DNA of 62,720 bases from a virus (taxonomy: Duplodnaviria > Caudoviricetes). A model generated the notes under the pieces. It made no database searches and was not told the origin of the DNA. It was given only the letters and a program-made list of their open reading frames with translations. Positions 35,226 to 45,342 of this stretch are shown in pieces. Positions within the stretch are counted from its first letter, which is position 1, and every line of letters begins with the position of its first letter. Position numbers and translations under genes: made by a program. The stretch lies in IMG/VR virus record IMGVR_UViG_3300037242_000251, positions 1 through 62,720 of that record; one strand, written 5' to 3'.

Positions 35226-36350
35226 ATGGGTGTCTATGGCGGTAACGGCCTCGCTCCGTCTCTCGGCGGCGGTTTGTCGACCAACAGACTCGTGCTCAAA
35301 GCTGGCAACGTGTGGCCCATCCCTTCTGGATGGTTCATGATTCGCACTGGCCCCTACACGACGATCCAGCAATACGACGTGATCACCGGTATCTGGTTTT
35401 CGATTGGCGGTGGCGGGTTCGGCGCCAGCGTCGAGTACGTCCATTCGGATGGCCAGAATTATCGGCTCGCCAATCAGAATGGCTGTGTCGTTGGCGCGGT
35501 GCTCACCAACGTCGGCTCGGGCTACACTTCGGCGCCTGTCGTTACGGCTTCGGCTGGCGGCTCGGTGTGGAAGGCTATCGTCGGCGGCGCGGTCAGCCAG
35601 ACCGTTACCGTCTCCAACGCCGGCACGAACTACACCTATCCGCCGCTGGTTCTGTTTTCCGCGCCGCCGCCCGGCGGTGTTCAGGCGACCGGCTACTGCA
35701 CGCTGTCGGGCTCGACGGTCTCCACCGTTACGATGGTCGACCAGGGCGCTGGCTATCTTTCGGCGCCGACGGTCGTCTTCCAGAACGATCCTCGCGAAGG
35801 CCTGAACGGGACGACCGTCGGCGCCGGCGCCACCGCTGTCGCGGTGTTGACCGGTTCGCAGACGATCACCGCGCTCCTCTGTCTCGACCACGGCAATCCG
35901 ATCGCCTTCACCGCCGGTTCGGCGACGACCATCCCGACGCTGGCCTTCTCGGGTGGCGGCGGCTCGTCGGCCGCCGCGACGTCGCTGATGAACTGGTCGG
36001 TGGTTGGTCTGCAAAGCGGCTCCTACGCCAACGGCACCTCGGGTATCACCGGCTCGCAGGCGATCATTGTCGGCGTCGACCAGCCGACTGCAGCCAACAG
36101 CACCGTGCTCAACACCGCGGTGCAGGCGAGCCTCGTACGCGGTCGCCAGTGCTTCTTGTCGGCCGCGCCGGCCGCCGGCGTGTTGCCGGCCTATACGGCT
36201 TGGGTGGTGCGTGACGGCGGTATTTACCAGGGCACGCCGCTGCTGGTCATCGAGACCAGCCAGGCGACGACGCCCGGCGCGCTGGTCACGGCGCTGGCGA
36301 CGATGGGTTATATCACGTCGGACACGAGCTACATCGAAGGGCCGGCCTGA
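35226..36350 (+). CDS. Virion structural/decoration protein with GSGYTSAP-type repeats
   Basis: 374 aa, three G.GY..AP repeats, follows the capsid gene. Confidence 0.7.
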   Translation: MGVYGGNGLAPSLGGGLSTNRLVLKAGNVWPIPSGWFMIRTGPYTTIQQYDVITGIWFSIGGGGFGASVEYVHSDGQNYRLANQNGCVVGAVLTNVGSGYTSAPVVTASAGGSVWKAIVGGAVSQTVTVSNAGTNYTYPPLVLFSAPPPGGVQATGYCTLSGSTVSTVTMVDQGAGYLSAPTVVFQNDPREGLNGTTVGAGATAVAVLTGSQTITALLCLDHGNPIAFTAGSATTIPTLAFSGGGGSSAAATSLMNWSVVGLQSGSYANGTSGITGSQAIIVGVDQPTAANSTVLNTAVQASLVRGRQCFLSAAPAAGVLPAYTAWVVRDGGIYQGTPLLVIETSQATTPGALVTALATMGYITSDTSYIEGPA

Positions 36351-36393
36351 TGTAGTTGTGAGCCGAGAGTATTTTTCAACAGGAGACGCGCAT

Positions 36394-36660
36394 ATGGCCC
36401 AGATTGTCACGAAGTTCAAAGATGTTTCGGTTGGCGACGTCGTCAACCTCAAGTCCGGCAGCCCCGACCTCACGGTTGTCGGCTTCGCTATGGCCGACGC
36501 CGTCGGCCCGATCCCGCCGACGACCGCCGGCGCGACTTTCGTCGAGGAGTCACTCGCGGCGGTCTGTTACGGCTTCACCACGACCGGCGCGCCGATCTCG
36601 GCCAAGTTTCCGGTCGAGGTTCTCAACGTCAAGACGCCGGTCGCTCCCGTCAAAGACTGA
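36394..36660 (+). CDS. DUF2158/YodC-like protein
   Basis: VGDVVNLKSGSPDLTV...FP.E.L; AGGAG SD. Confidence 0.75.
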   Translation: MAQIVTKFKDVSVGDVVNLKSGSPDLTVVGFAMADAVGPIPPTTAGATFVEESLAAVCYGFTTTGAPISAKFPVEVLNVKTPVAPVKD

Positions 36661-36679
36661 CACGACGCTCGGACGTCTT

Positions 36680-36720
36680 AAGAGCCCGCGCCTGCGAATA
36701 GCGGGCGTGGGTTCTTTGTT
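36680..36720 (+). terminator. Intrinsic terminator
   Basis: AAGAGCCCGCGCCTGC/GCGGGCGTGGGTTCTT stem plus TGTT. Confidence 0.7.
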
Positions 36721-36728
36721 GGTGAGCC

Positions 36729-37529
36729 ATGCCTCTTAGCGCCATTCTCAACGACGCCTCGCAGCTGCTGAATGACCCCAACTACAGCTTCACTTCGAAG
36801 CCGCAGCTGATCCGCTGGGTAAATCAGGCCCGGCGCGAGTGCGCCAAGCGAACGCAGTGTGTGCGCCGTCTGATCACCGGCCAGTCGGCGTTCGGGGCCA
36901 GCGCGCAGGCGGGCTACGCGATCCCTGGCGCGATGCAGCCTGGCGCGCTGCCGGGCGCGTTTCCGCAGGGCGCCTCGGGGACTTATGGCGCGGTGCAGAA
37001 TGCGATGATGACGATCGTCGGCGTCGAGCGTTACCCCTACAACGGCTTCTTCAACACTTTCCTGCGCCAGCAGTACGCCGGCTGCGGCCAGGTGATCGAC
37101 TCGGTGGCGCTGGCGGTCAACTGGGGTGGTACGACGCGGCCCCAGCTCGACTATCTGACTTGGGACGACTTGCAGGCCTACGCGCGCGCCTATGCGGTGC
37201 TGAACACGTCGTGGCCGTCGGTCTGGTCGGTTTATAACGACGGGCCGCAGGGCGAGATTTGGGTGTTCCCGGTTCCCAGCCAGGCGACCGAGATGGAGCT
37301 CGACGCGATCTGTCTGCCGAGCAACCTCAACACAGACAATGACTTCGACGCGATCCCCGACGGCTTTCAGGAGTCGTTGATGTTCGGCGCCGCCAAGTTC
37401 GCTTTCATGGCGCGTGGCCGCTATGCGCAGGCCCAGGTGATGGAGGGCGAGTTCGCCGACGCGATGGGCGTCGCGCGCGTCGCCGTCGATCGTGGAAAAA
37501 CGAAGTCGTATTATTATTCGGTGCCTTAA
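36729..37529 (+). CDS. Putative head-tail adaptor
   Basis: LL.DP......L..W.N.A N-terminus, I...PVP, IP..F....GA; position. Confidence 0.65.
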   Translation: MPLSAILNDASQLLNDPNYSFTSKPQLIRWVNQARRECAKRTQCVRRLITGQSAFGASAQAGYAIPGAMQPGALPGAFPQGASGTYGAVQNAMMTIVGVERYPYNGFFNTFLRQQYAGCGQVIDSVALAVNWGGTTRPQLDYLTWDDLQAYARAYAVLNTSWPSVWSVYNDGPQGEIWVFPVPSQATEMELDAICLPSNLNTDNDFDAIPDGFQESLMFGAAKFAFMARGRYAQAQVMEGEFADAMGVARVAVDRGKTKSYYYSVP

Positions 37530-37804
37530 TGCCGCAGGACCGCATCGCCTCTATTATCGCCCAGGCCCGCGTCATTCGCGACGGGATCGACCAGGCGCGC
37601 GACGAGACGCTGGTGCGCACCGCGACGCTCGAGCTTCTGCTCGGCGCGCTGATCGATCTTGGCGCGCAGATCAGCGACGACAAATTCCGCGAGGCGCTGC
37701 GCAACAATGTCGCCAGCCAGACGATGTCGATAGTCCGCACTCAGGAAGCGTTCCAGAAGGTGCTTGACGCCGAGCGCGCGGCGGCGGAGGCGCGTGATGC
37801 CTGA
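37529..37804 (+). CDS. Hypothetical protein
   Basis: 91 aa, coupled. Confidence 0.6.
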   Translation: MPQDRIASIIAQARVIRDGIDQARDETLVRTATLELLLGALIDLGAQISDDKFREALRNNVASQTMSIVRTQEAFQKVLDAERAAAEARDA

Positions 37805-40610
37805 CCCGCGCGGCCAGATGGCGGCGAAGGCCCAGGAGACTCTCGGGCTCCCGCCGGGTTTTAAATCGTATTCCCCATATCCTTTTGGCGGGATGAACGT
37901 TCAGGCCTCGGCGGTGGCGATCGCCGACAATGAGTTTCTGTGGCTCGAGAACTTCGTTCGGCTCGGCGACGGCAATCTGCGCACGGTGTGGGACCGCGGC
38001 GCGCCGATCTTCACCGCCTTGGGCGGTCTGACGATCGTCTGGAAGTGCTTCTACAACATCGCGACGACCTACTACTGCGCGGTCTTCCTGTCCGACGGCT
38101 CCGCCGTTCAGGTCGAGGTGGCGACGCAAACACAGACGCAGATCGGCCCGGCGGGCCTGTTCTACGACGCTTCGAGCGGCGATCTGCCCTACGCGCGCCA
38201 GTGGGGCACGCAGTACCTGCTGATCAGCAATCGCAACACCGACAACGACTACTGGGCCTGGGACGGCGTGCTGCTCTACTCAGCCGGCTCGGTCGCGCCG
38301 GGTGGCGTCGACCTTAACTCCGGTGGCGCTGGCTACTCGACCCCGCCGACGCTGACCGTTTACGGCGGCTTTGGCTCCGGCGTCGAGATCACGCCGGTCG
38401 TACTCGGTGGCCAGGTGGTCGAGATGAACATCACCGATCCCGGCTCGGGTTACCAGCCCGGCGACGTCGTCCAAGTGGCGTTCAGCGGCGGCGGATCGAA
38501 TAACTCGGCGATTCTGACCGCTTCGCTCGCCGCGACGACGCTGGCCGGCGTAACGGTGACGGCGGAGGGTGAGGGCTACACTTTCGCCAGCGTCCAGTTC
38601 GTCGGCGGTGGCGGCGGATCGGGCGCGGTCGCCACGGCGACGATCGTCGACGGCGCCATCACGGCGATCGTGGTGACCAACCAAGGCTCGGGCTACACTA
38701 CCGCGCCGTCGGTCGAGATCATCGGCGACGGGACGGGCGCCGAGGCTTCGGCCGTGCTGACACCTTCCAGGGTGGCCTCGGGGTTGGCGCCGACTTCCGT
38801 CGCCAGTCTGACGCGCACCAGCGGCGGGTCTGGTTACACCGGTTCGGCCTTCGTCTTTTTCCTCGGCGGCGGGGGAACGGGGGCGACCGCCACGGCGACG
38901 GTGTCGGGCGGCGCGGTGTCGGCGTTGACGCTGACCAGCGGCGGCTCGGGTTACACCTCGGCGCCGGAGGTGCTGATCTTCGCCAGCGCCGGGACGGGCG
39001 CGACTGCGACGGCGACCCTAACTTCCAGCGGCGCGTTGAGTGGCGTCACCGTGGTCAACGGTGGTTCGGGCTTTACCAGCGTGCCGCTGCTGACGATCGT
39101 CGGGGGCGGCGGGGCCGGCGCCACCGCGATCGCGGTGCTGACCGCGACGTCAATTGCTTCGGTCAATCTGACGGCGGGGGGCTCGGGCTACACTTCGGCG
39201 CCGTCGGTCGCCTTTGTTGGCGGGGGTGGTACGGGGGCGGCGGCGACCGCCTACCTCAGCGGCGACGCGGTCGCCTACATCGTCGTCACCAATGCGGGCT
39301 CCGGTTACACCGCGCCGATCCAGGTGACGCTGAGCGGCGGGGGTGGCTCGGGCGCCGGGGCGACCGTGCTTTATGCGCCGACCTCGATCGCTTCGGCCGA
39401 AGTCATGTCGACCGGCCAGTTCTACACCACCGCGCCCGCCGTCGAGGTCTCGCCCGGCGCTAACAACGCCGCGTCGGCGACGATTACGCTGATGCCCTTC
39501 GGGGTCAGTGGCTCGGTGATGGAGACGTTCCTGTCGCGGCTGTGGGTATTCAATCCGGCGCCCTCGCAGACTTCGACCCTGCCGCCGGGCGGCGACTGGT
39601 CGGTTTCGGCGCCAGGATCCTTCGTTGATTTTGCAACTTCCGACGGCGGCGTCGATGCGGTCAACACCGACGCTTTCCTCGATCTTCAGTACACGCAGGT
39701 GCGCCAGTCGTCGGGCTATCTCTACGCCTTCGGCAACGGCTCGGTCAGCGTCGTCTCCAACGTCAACTCGTCCGGCAGCCCGGTCTCGACGACGTTCAAC
39801 TACCAGAACGTCGACCCGCAGGCTGGCTGCGCGTGGCGCGACGCTCTTCAGGACTTCGGTCGCTCGACGATCTTCGCCAATACGACTGGCGTCTTCGGCC
39901 TCTACGGCGGCGCGGCGACCAAGATTAGCGGCAAGCTCGATCAGCTGTTCACCAGTGCAATCTTCCCGCCGGCGGCGGGCGCGGTGACGCCGTGCGGCGC
40001 GATCGCGACGATCTTCAGTATCAAGCACTACATGCTGCTGATGACGGTTCTCGATCCCGATACCGGAGCCATGCGCAACGTCATGGCGACGTGGAACGAG
40101 AAGGACTGGGTCGTCACTTCGCAGACCGTCAGCTTTCAGTTCATCGCCACCCAGAAGCAGGGTAGCGAGTACGTCGCTTACGGGACCGACGGGACTTCGG
40201 TCTACCCGCTGTTCGCCTCGCCGTCCTCCAGCTTGCAGAAGCGGTTCGACACCAAGCTCTACGGCTCCGACCGCATCTTCATCGAGAAAGCGGCGCAGGG
40301 CGTCTGGTTTCAGGCGCAGGACAACTCGGCCGCCGAGGTCGGAATCAACGGTGTCGTGGATGTGGCGATTTCAGGCATGAACGGGGGTGAAGTCAGCGAT
40401 TTGGCCGAGACCGTGCCGTCCGGGGTGTCCCAGCCGTTGCAGAACCAAGTGCAGTTGGCGTCCTCGCCACCGGCGTGGAACGTCTGGGGTACGTCAATTC
40501 AGGGCAATGCCTTCTTCTCGATGGGCCTGCGATTTGTCAGCAGCAGCCCGGATTTCACCTTAGCCGATCTCGTGATAGGCTACACCGAGCACACCGCGTT
40601 CTTCGCGTGA
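37797..40610 (+). CDS. Putative tail nozzle/stabilisation protein with inserted GSGYT repeats
   Basis: 937 aa; F.GMN...LENF start typical of podovirus tail hubs; about 10 G.GY repeats in the middle. Confidence 0.65.
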   Translation: MPDPRGQMAAKAQETLGLPPGFKSYSPYPFGGMNVQASAVAIADNEFLWLENFVRLGDGNLRTVWDRGAPIFTALGGLTIVWKCFYNIATTYYCAVFLSDGSAVQVEVATQTQTQIGPAGLFYDASSGDLPYARQWGTQYLLISNRNTDNDYWAWDGVLLYSAGSVAPGGVDLNSGGAGYSTPPTLTVYGGFGSGVEITPVVLGGQVVEMNITDPGSGYQPGDVVQVAFSGGGSNNSAILTASLAATTLAGVTVTAEGEGYTFASVQFVGGGGGSGAVATATIVDGAITAIVVTNQGSGYTTAPSVEIIGDGTGAEASAVLTPSRVASGLAPTSVASLTRTSGGSGYTGSAFVFFLGGGGTGATATATVSGGAVSALTLTSGGSGYTSAPEVLIFASAGTGATATATLTSSGALSGVTVVNGGSGFTSVPLLTIVGGGGAGATAIAVLTATSIASVNLTAGGSGYTSAPSVAFVGGGGTGAAATAYLSGDAVAYIVVTNAGSGYTAPIQVTLSGGGGSGAGATVLYAPTSIASAEVMSTGQFYTTAPAVEVSPGANNAASATITLMPFGVSGSVMETFLSRLWVFNPAPSQTSTLPPGGDWSVSAPGSFVDFATSDGGVDAVNTDAFLDLQYTQVRQSSGYLYAFGNGSVSVVSNVNSSGSPVSTTFNYQNVDPQAGCAWRDALQDFGRSTIFANTTGVFGLYGGAATKISGKLDQLFTSAIFPPAAGAVTPCGAIATIFSIKHYMLLMTVLDPDTGAMRNVMATWNEKDWVVTSQTVSFQFIATQKQGSEYVAYGTDGTSVYPLFASPSSSLQKRFDTKLYGSDRIFIEKAAQGVWFQAQDNSAAEVGINGVVDVAISGMNGGEVSDLAETVPSGVSQPLQNQVQLASSPPAWNVWGTSIQGNAFFSMGLRFVSSSPDFTLADLVIGYTEHTAFFA

Positions 40611-40620
40611 GGAGAGAGCC

Positions 40621-40890
40621 ATGACCATGCGCACCAAAGGCGTCAAAATGGACTTCGAGAACCTGATCGCGCGCGGTGAGAACCCGCGCGGCCTGACCGC
40701 TCAGACTGCCAACGGTACGGCGCATTGGAAGGGCACTGGCTGGAACAAGGATGAGCCGAATTGGGGCGACGGTTTTCCCGCAGCGGTAGGCGCCGCTACG
40801 GCCGCGCAGGCTGAGTGGAACTCGCCTGATCGTCAGGTTCGTCCCGGTCCGACGCGGCCCGACGGGCGTTCGAATCGGACGGGCGAGTGA
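40621..40890 (+). CDS. Hypothetical virion-module protein
   Basis: 89 aa, GAGGAG SD. Confidence 0.65.
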   Translation: MTMRTKGVKMDFENLIARGENPRGLTAQTANGTAHWKGTGWNKDEPNWGDGFPAAVGAATAAQAEWNSPDRQVRPGPTRPDGRSNRTGE

Positions 40891-40891
40891 C

Positions 40892-41224
40892 GTGCTCCCC
40901 GCGCTCGAGAACCTCCCGCAGACGCAGGACGAGTGGAGCCGATTCTCGTGGGACCACCGCGACAGTCATGACCGCATCCGCGCGGCGATCAAGGTGCAGT
41001 ACAGCGTCAATCTGAGCGACTACCAGATCGACCCGATCAACCCGAACTCGACCAACGATTTCTTGCAGAACAATTCGCAGCTGCATAGCGACATGAACGG
41101 CATTCTCGGCTTGCAGAGCGCCAATTTGCAGGACGCCGATCTCGGCGACCCGAAGCAGTTGCAGGCATGGATTCAGCTACACTATCAAGAGCACCTCTAC
41201 GCTGAGCTGAAACTGGAGATTTGA
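40892..41224 (+). CDS. Hypothetical virion-module protein (H...H and W...H..EH motifs)
   Basis: 110 aa in operon. Confidence 0.65.
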   Translation: MLPALENLPQTQDEWSRFSWDHRDSHDRIRAAIKVQYSVNLSDYQIDPINPNSTNDFLQNNSQLHSDMNGILGLQSANLQDADLGDPKQLQAWIQLHYQEHLYAELKLEI

Positions 41225-41793
41225 TCGTGGCGCCGTTCATCGTCTTCGCGCTACCGAGAAGCAGAACGGCGTGGCTGGCGCGCTATCTGTCCTACAACGG
41301 CAGGCTTGTCGGTCACGACGTCGCGGCGAAGAGCGCCTCGATAGCGGGTTTCTTCCACAACTTTGCGACCGACATGGACGGCACGGTTGAGACTGGCGCG
41401 ATGATGGGCTGGCGGCTGTTTCGCGAGCAATTTCCCGAAGCGCCGATCGCGGTTATTCGCCGGCCCATCGAGGATGTGAAACTGAGCCTGTCGCAGTTCG
41501 GCGTTGTTCCTCGTGATGGCGATTTGGAAGCACGCGACGTTTTTCTAGACGAGATCGAGAGACAGTTTGGTGTGTTGACGATGTCGTTTCGAGATTTGTA
41601 TAGCAACGAAAATCGGCAGCGCATGTTCGAGCATTGCCTCCATCGTCCATGGGACCCGCATTGGGATGCGAAGCTGGCGCCGATCAATATCCAGATCGAC
41701 GTCGACGCCGCGCTGCGGGCAGTTGCGACAAATCAAATTGCGATCGCCGCGATGAAGAGAGAGGTGGCGGCGCGCTCTTCGGTCGATGCGTGA
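41221..41793 (+). CDS. Sulfotransferase-like P-loop protein
   Basis: FIVFALPRSRTAWL resembles the 5'-PSB loop; later HD and IRRP...V..S. Confidence 0.6.
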   Translation: MIVAPFIVFALPRSRTAWLARYLSYNGRLVGHDVAAKSASIAGFFHNFATDMDGTVETGAMMGWRLFREQFPEAPIAVIRRPIEDVKLSLSQFGVVPRDGDLEARDVFLDEIERQFGVLTMSFRDLYSNENRQRMFEHCLHRPWDPHWDAKLAPINIQIDVDAALRAVATNQIAIAAMKREVAARSSVDA

Positions 41794-42253
41794 CGTCGTC
41801 ATCGCGTGGGAGACGTGGGCTTCGGTGTGGCCCGAGGGAGACGCGTTGGCGCGAGCGCACTTCGGCGAGGTCGAAGGAAGCCTCGCCGAGAAGCGGCCGT
41901 ATGAGGTCGACGCACAGTTGATGGTGGAAGCGGAGAGATGCGGTGCGCTTCGTGTCGTCGGGGCGCGCGTCGGGGGTCGTCTGGTCGGGTACTGCACGTG
42001 GAGCCTGATGCGCGATCCAGAGTCGAGAGGGCTCGTTATGGCGAACCAAGGCGCGATCTACGTCGATCCCGAGTTTGCTGGCGTCGGCTACAAGATGGTG
42101 GCTTTTTCGCTTCCAGGGCTTAAGATGTTTGGCGCTGACTACGCGCTGATGCACCACCGCATGCTGGGGCGCGGAGCGCGCCTCTGGGTGTGGTTCAAGC
42201 GGCTCAGAGCGACGCTGATCAAGCATGAATATTATCTGTGGCTAGGAGACTAG
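41786..42253 (+). CDS. GNAT-like acetyltransferase
   Basis: AR..G.LVGY, IYVDPEF.GVG motif A. Confidence 0.65.
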   Translation: MRDVVIAWETWASVWPEGDALARAHFGEVEGSLAEKRPYEVDAQLMVEAERCGALRVVGARVGGRLVGYCTWSLMRDPESRGLVMANQGAIYVDPEFAGVGYKMVAFSLPGLKMFGADYALMHHRMLGRGARLWVWFKRLRATLIKHEYYLWLGD

Positions 42254-42255
42254 GC

Positions 42256-43446
42256 ATGCCGAGTGTTTCTCTTCCAGCCGCCATCGCCGGCGGCATCGGT
42301 GACGCCACTGCCGGGATCGGTGGTCTTCTCAGCGGTCTATTTGGTGGCGGCGCTGCCGCCGCGACGGGCGCGGCTGCTGCGGGCGCCGGGGCGGCGGACG
42401 CAACCGGCGGCCTGCTGGCGATTCCCGGTCTCGACGCCGCCGTCACGGCAGCGCCCTCGCTCGCCACGTCGCTAGCTGGCGCCGGCGGCGCGGCTGGCCT
42501 CGACGCGACGATCGGCTCGGTTGGCGCCGACGCCGCGGCGCTGAGCGGGTTCTCGTCGCTCGCCGGCGCTGACGCTGCGGGCGCGGCTGACGCGCTTGGC
42601 GCCGGCGTCCCCGGTTCGGCGGGCGGCGCGAGCGCACCGCTGGCCTCGCCCGGCGCAGCCGTCACGACTCCCGCCACCGGCGCCGCGCCGACCGCCGGTT
42701 CGGCGGGATCGGCCACCGCTGGCGCGGCCCCGGCTGGCGTCGCCGCCTCGCCGAGCGCTACCGGGACTTTCGGCGCGGTCGACCCCTCGCTGATCCAGGG
42801 CGCCTCGGCGCCGGCCGGCCTGACCGGCGACGCGGCGGCTGGCGTCGGCTCGTCTTCCGCGCCGGCGGGCCTGACGAGCGCCGCCAATGGCGTCGCGGCG
42901 GCTGCTCCGGGCGCTCCCGCAGCCGCGCCGACCGGCGCGGGTCTGCTTGGCTCGCTGAAGACCTACGGCCCGCTGGCGCTTAGCGGCGCCGGTCTGCTGT
43001 CGTCGGTGCTGAGCGGCGATAAGAAACCCGCCTTCGAAGGCCAGATCAGCGCCGAAGCGGCTCAAGCAGGTGCGCAGGGCCAGCAGCTTGAGTCTTATCT
43101 CACCTCCGGCACGCTGCCGCCCGGCGTCTCGGCAGGCCTGACTTCGGCGCACGACGCCGCCGCCGCGACGATTCGCTCGCAATACGCCGCGCGCGGCCAG
43201 ACCGGTTCGTCGGCCGAGGCGCAGGATCTCGCCAATCTCGCCAACACGACGGTCAGCCAGGGCGCACAGATCGCCACCAATCTTCTCCAGCAGGGCGTCA
43301 GCGAGAGCGAGTTCTCGGCGCAGCTTTACGAGGAGTTGATGAAGACCTCGATCCAGCAGGACGCCTCGCTCAGCCAGTCGATCGCCAGCTTCGCTGGCGG
43401 CCTTGCCGGGCTCGGGCTCAAGTCCGCGCCGACGGCGACAGGGTGA
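42256..43446 (+). CDS. Ala/Gly-rich ejection (pilot) protein
   Basis: Low-complexity N-terminus, AARG..GSS motif; AGGAG SD; position. Confidence 0.6.
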   Translation: MPSVSLPAAIAGGIGDATAGIGGLLSGLFGGGAAAATGAAAAGAGAADATGGLLAIPGLDAAVTAAPSLATSLAGAGGAAGLDATIGSVGADAAALSGFSSLAGADAAGAADALGAGVPGSAGGASAPLASPGAAVTTPATGAAPTAGSAGSATAGAAPAGVAASPSATGTFGAVDPSLIQGASAPAGLTGDAAAGVGSSSAPAGLTSAANGVAAAAPGAPAAAPTGAGLLGSLKTYGPLALSGAGLLSSVLSGDKKPAFEGQISAEAAQAGAQGQQLESYLTSGTLPPGVSAGLTSAHDAAAATIRSQYAARGQTGSSAEAQDLANLANTTVSQGAQIATNLLQQGVSESEFSAQLYEELMKTSIQQDASLSQSIASFAGGLAGLGLKSAPTATG

Positions 43447-43449
43447 TCC

Positions 43450-45342
43450 ATGCCGACTGCTTTTCCGCTTGCAGCCGATCCATTCGCCACCGGCGCCTCG
43501 CCACTCGCGCCGGCGCCAAGCCCGCTCGATGACTCGAACGACCGGGTGAAGACGTTCGACGCCAAGCAGGACCAGCTGGCGGCCAAGCTCGACACGATCC
43601 GCGCCGACACGGCGGCCAAGAACGACAAGTTGGAGGACTTCTTCGCCGCGAACAAGCCGCCGGTCTACAAGCCGCCCGCGCCCTATAAGCCGCCCGAGCA
43701 GTCCGGGCCGATTGAGGCGTGGGGCTCGTTGGCGATGGCCTTCGCTATGCTCGCGTCTCGTTTCACTCGGACGCCGATGACCACGGCGATGAACGCCGGC
43801 GCCGCGGTGATGACGGCGATCAAGCAGAAGAACGCTGACGCCGCGACGGCTGCTTATCAGCAGTGGAAGGACGCCAACACGCAGGCGCTCGACATGGCCA
43901 AGTACCAGCAGTCCGCCTATGCGAATCTGATGGCGACGATCGAGCGGCGCGAGAAGAACAACGTTGATCTCTCCAAGGACCAGCAGGACGACGTGCGCGC
44001 GCAGATCACCGCGCTCGCCTCGGCGTTCAAGGACGAGACGATGCTGAAGATCGGCGAGGCGCACGACCTCAACGCGCAGAAGTTGGAGTACGACCGCCGT
44101 CAGCACGAGCTCGATATGCTCGACACTCAAACCAAGCGGCTCGAGCAGGGCTGGGAGAAGATGCAGGGTCAGGTCGAGGGCGCCAAGGCCGAGAAGGAAG
44201 CCATGCAGACGCCGGAGTACAAGGCCGCGATCGCGGCGGGCGACACGATGGCGATCGGCAAGATTCTCGCCGAGGCCAACCCGGACAAATATCTGGAGAA
44301 GTATCAAGCCGAGAAGGACAAACAGGAGAAGGAGCAGGACAGTATCGCTGGCCAAGCCCGCGCGCAGTATAGCGATTGGGTCGCTTCGCCGGAGGGGCAG
44401 TCCGCCTCGCCTGACGAACGGATGAAGAAAGAAGCCGCGATTTATGGCGCCTTCAAGTCGCAGGGCGGCGCGCGTTTGCTGCCGCCGCTGACCGACGCCA
44501 ACAAGCACTGGCAGGCCGGCGAGCTCGCCTCCTATCAGATGCCGTCGCCGGGCCAGCTGCAGATTGCTCGTGAGCCGGGCTGGGATGGGCCGGACGGCGC
44601 GCTGGAAGAGGCCAAGAAGATTAACCCGGATTTCAACCCGGCCAAGTACAAATCAGTGCAAGCCGTTCGGCAAAAATTCACAGCTGGTAAAGGGGCTGAC
44701 GCCATCGCCTCCTACGTGCGGCTAGATCAGCATCTTCAATTTTTCAAGGGCCTCGTTACGAATTTGTCCGACGGAACTGATGTCAAGACGCTTAACGCTA
44801 TTGCGAAATTGTGGGGCCAGCAAACCGGCAATTCGAATGTCTCATCCTATGAGACTGCGTTGGAATTAGTCGGCGATGAAATCGTCAAGGCGGCGACTGG
44901 AGCCGGCGTCGCTGGGGCGCTCAGCGATCGTGAGAATATCAAGAAGAATTTCGATCCGTCGCTTACCAAGGAACAGCTACGCGCTAACATCAACGCGGTG
45001 GAGGTGCTGGTCGGCGGCGCGATGACCTCGACGCTCAATCAAGCACGCCAAGCGCTCAGCCCGCAAGAGATGGCCGATGCTGTCGGCGGCCCAGAAGTGA
45101 TGGAGCATTTTCACGTTGATCCTGCTACTGGCAAGCCGCGCGTCGATGGGGCCTACGACTTTGGCGGGCAGAAGTACGGCGTCGGGCCGGACGGGATTAA
45201 AGCGGATCAGGTTGCTCAGCCCGCTCAAGGCGCGGCGAAGGGCCCGCCCGGCGCGACCCGCAGCGCAACACTGGCGGATGGCCGCAAAGTCTATTTGGTT
45301 GGCGGCGCTTGGGTGGACGAGAGCGGAAAGCCCACCCAATGA
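43450..45342 (+). CDS. Putative internal virion/ejection protein
   Basis: 630 aa, helical, in the ejection cluster. Confidence 0.6.
   Translation: MPTAFPLAADPFATGASPLAPAPSPLDDSNDRVKTFDAKQDQLAAKLDTIRADTAAKNDKLEDFFAANKPPVYKPPAPYKPPEQSGPIEAWGSLAMAFAMLASRFTRTPMTTAMNAGAAVMTAIKQKNADAATAAYQQWKDANTQALDMAKYQQSAYANLMATIERREKNNVDLSKDQQDDVRAQITALASAFKDETMLKIGEAHDLNAQKLEYDRRQHELDMLDTQTKRLEQGWEKMQGQVEGAKAEKEAMQTPEYKAAIAAGDTMAIGKILAEANPDKYLEKYQAEKDKQEKEQDSIAGQARAQYSDWVASPEGQSASPDERMKKEAAIYGAFKSQGGARLLPPLTDANKHWQAGELASYQMPSPGQLQIAREPGWDGPDGALEEAKKINPDFNPAKYKSVQAVRQKFTAGKGADAIASYVRLDQHLQFFKGLVTNLSDGTDVKTLNAIAKLWGQQTGNSNVSSYETALELVGDEIVKAATGAGVAGALSDRENIKKNFDPSLTKEQLRANINAVEVLVGGAMTSTLNQARQALSPQEMADAVGGPEVMEHFHVDPATGKPRVDGAYDFGGQKYGVGPDGIKADQVAQPAQGAAKGPPGATRSATLADGRKVYLVGGAWVDESGKPTQ

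Noticed and set aside
34290-36473. Long antisense ORFs (also 24381..26129, 42472..44508, 30542..32455)
   Set aside because: Shadow frames of high-GC genes with Arg-rich nonsense composition, overlapping well-supported CDSs
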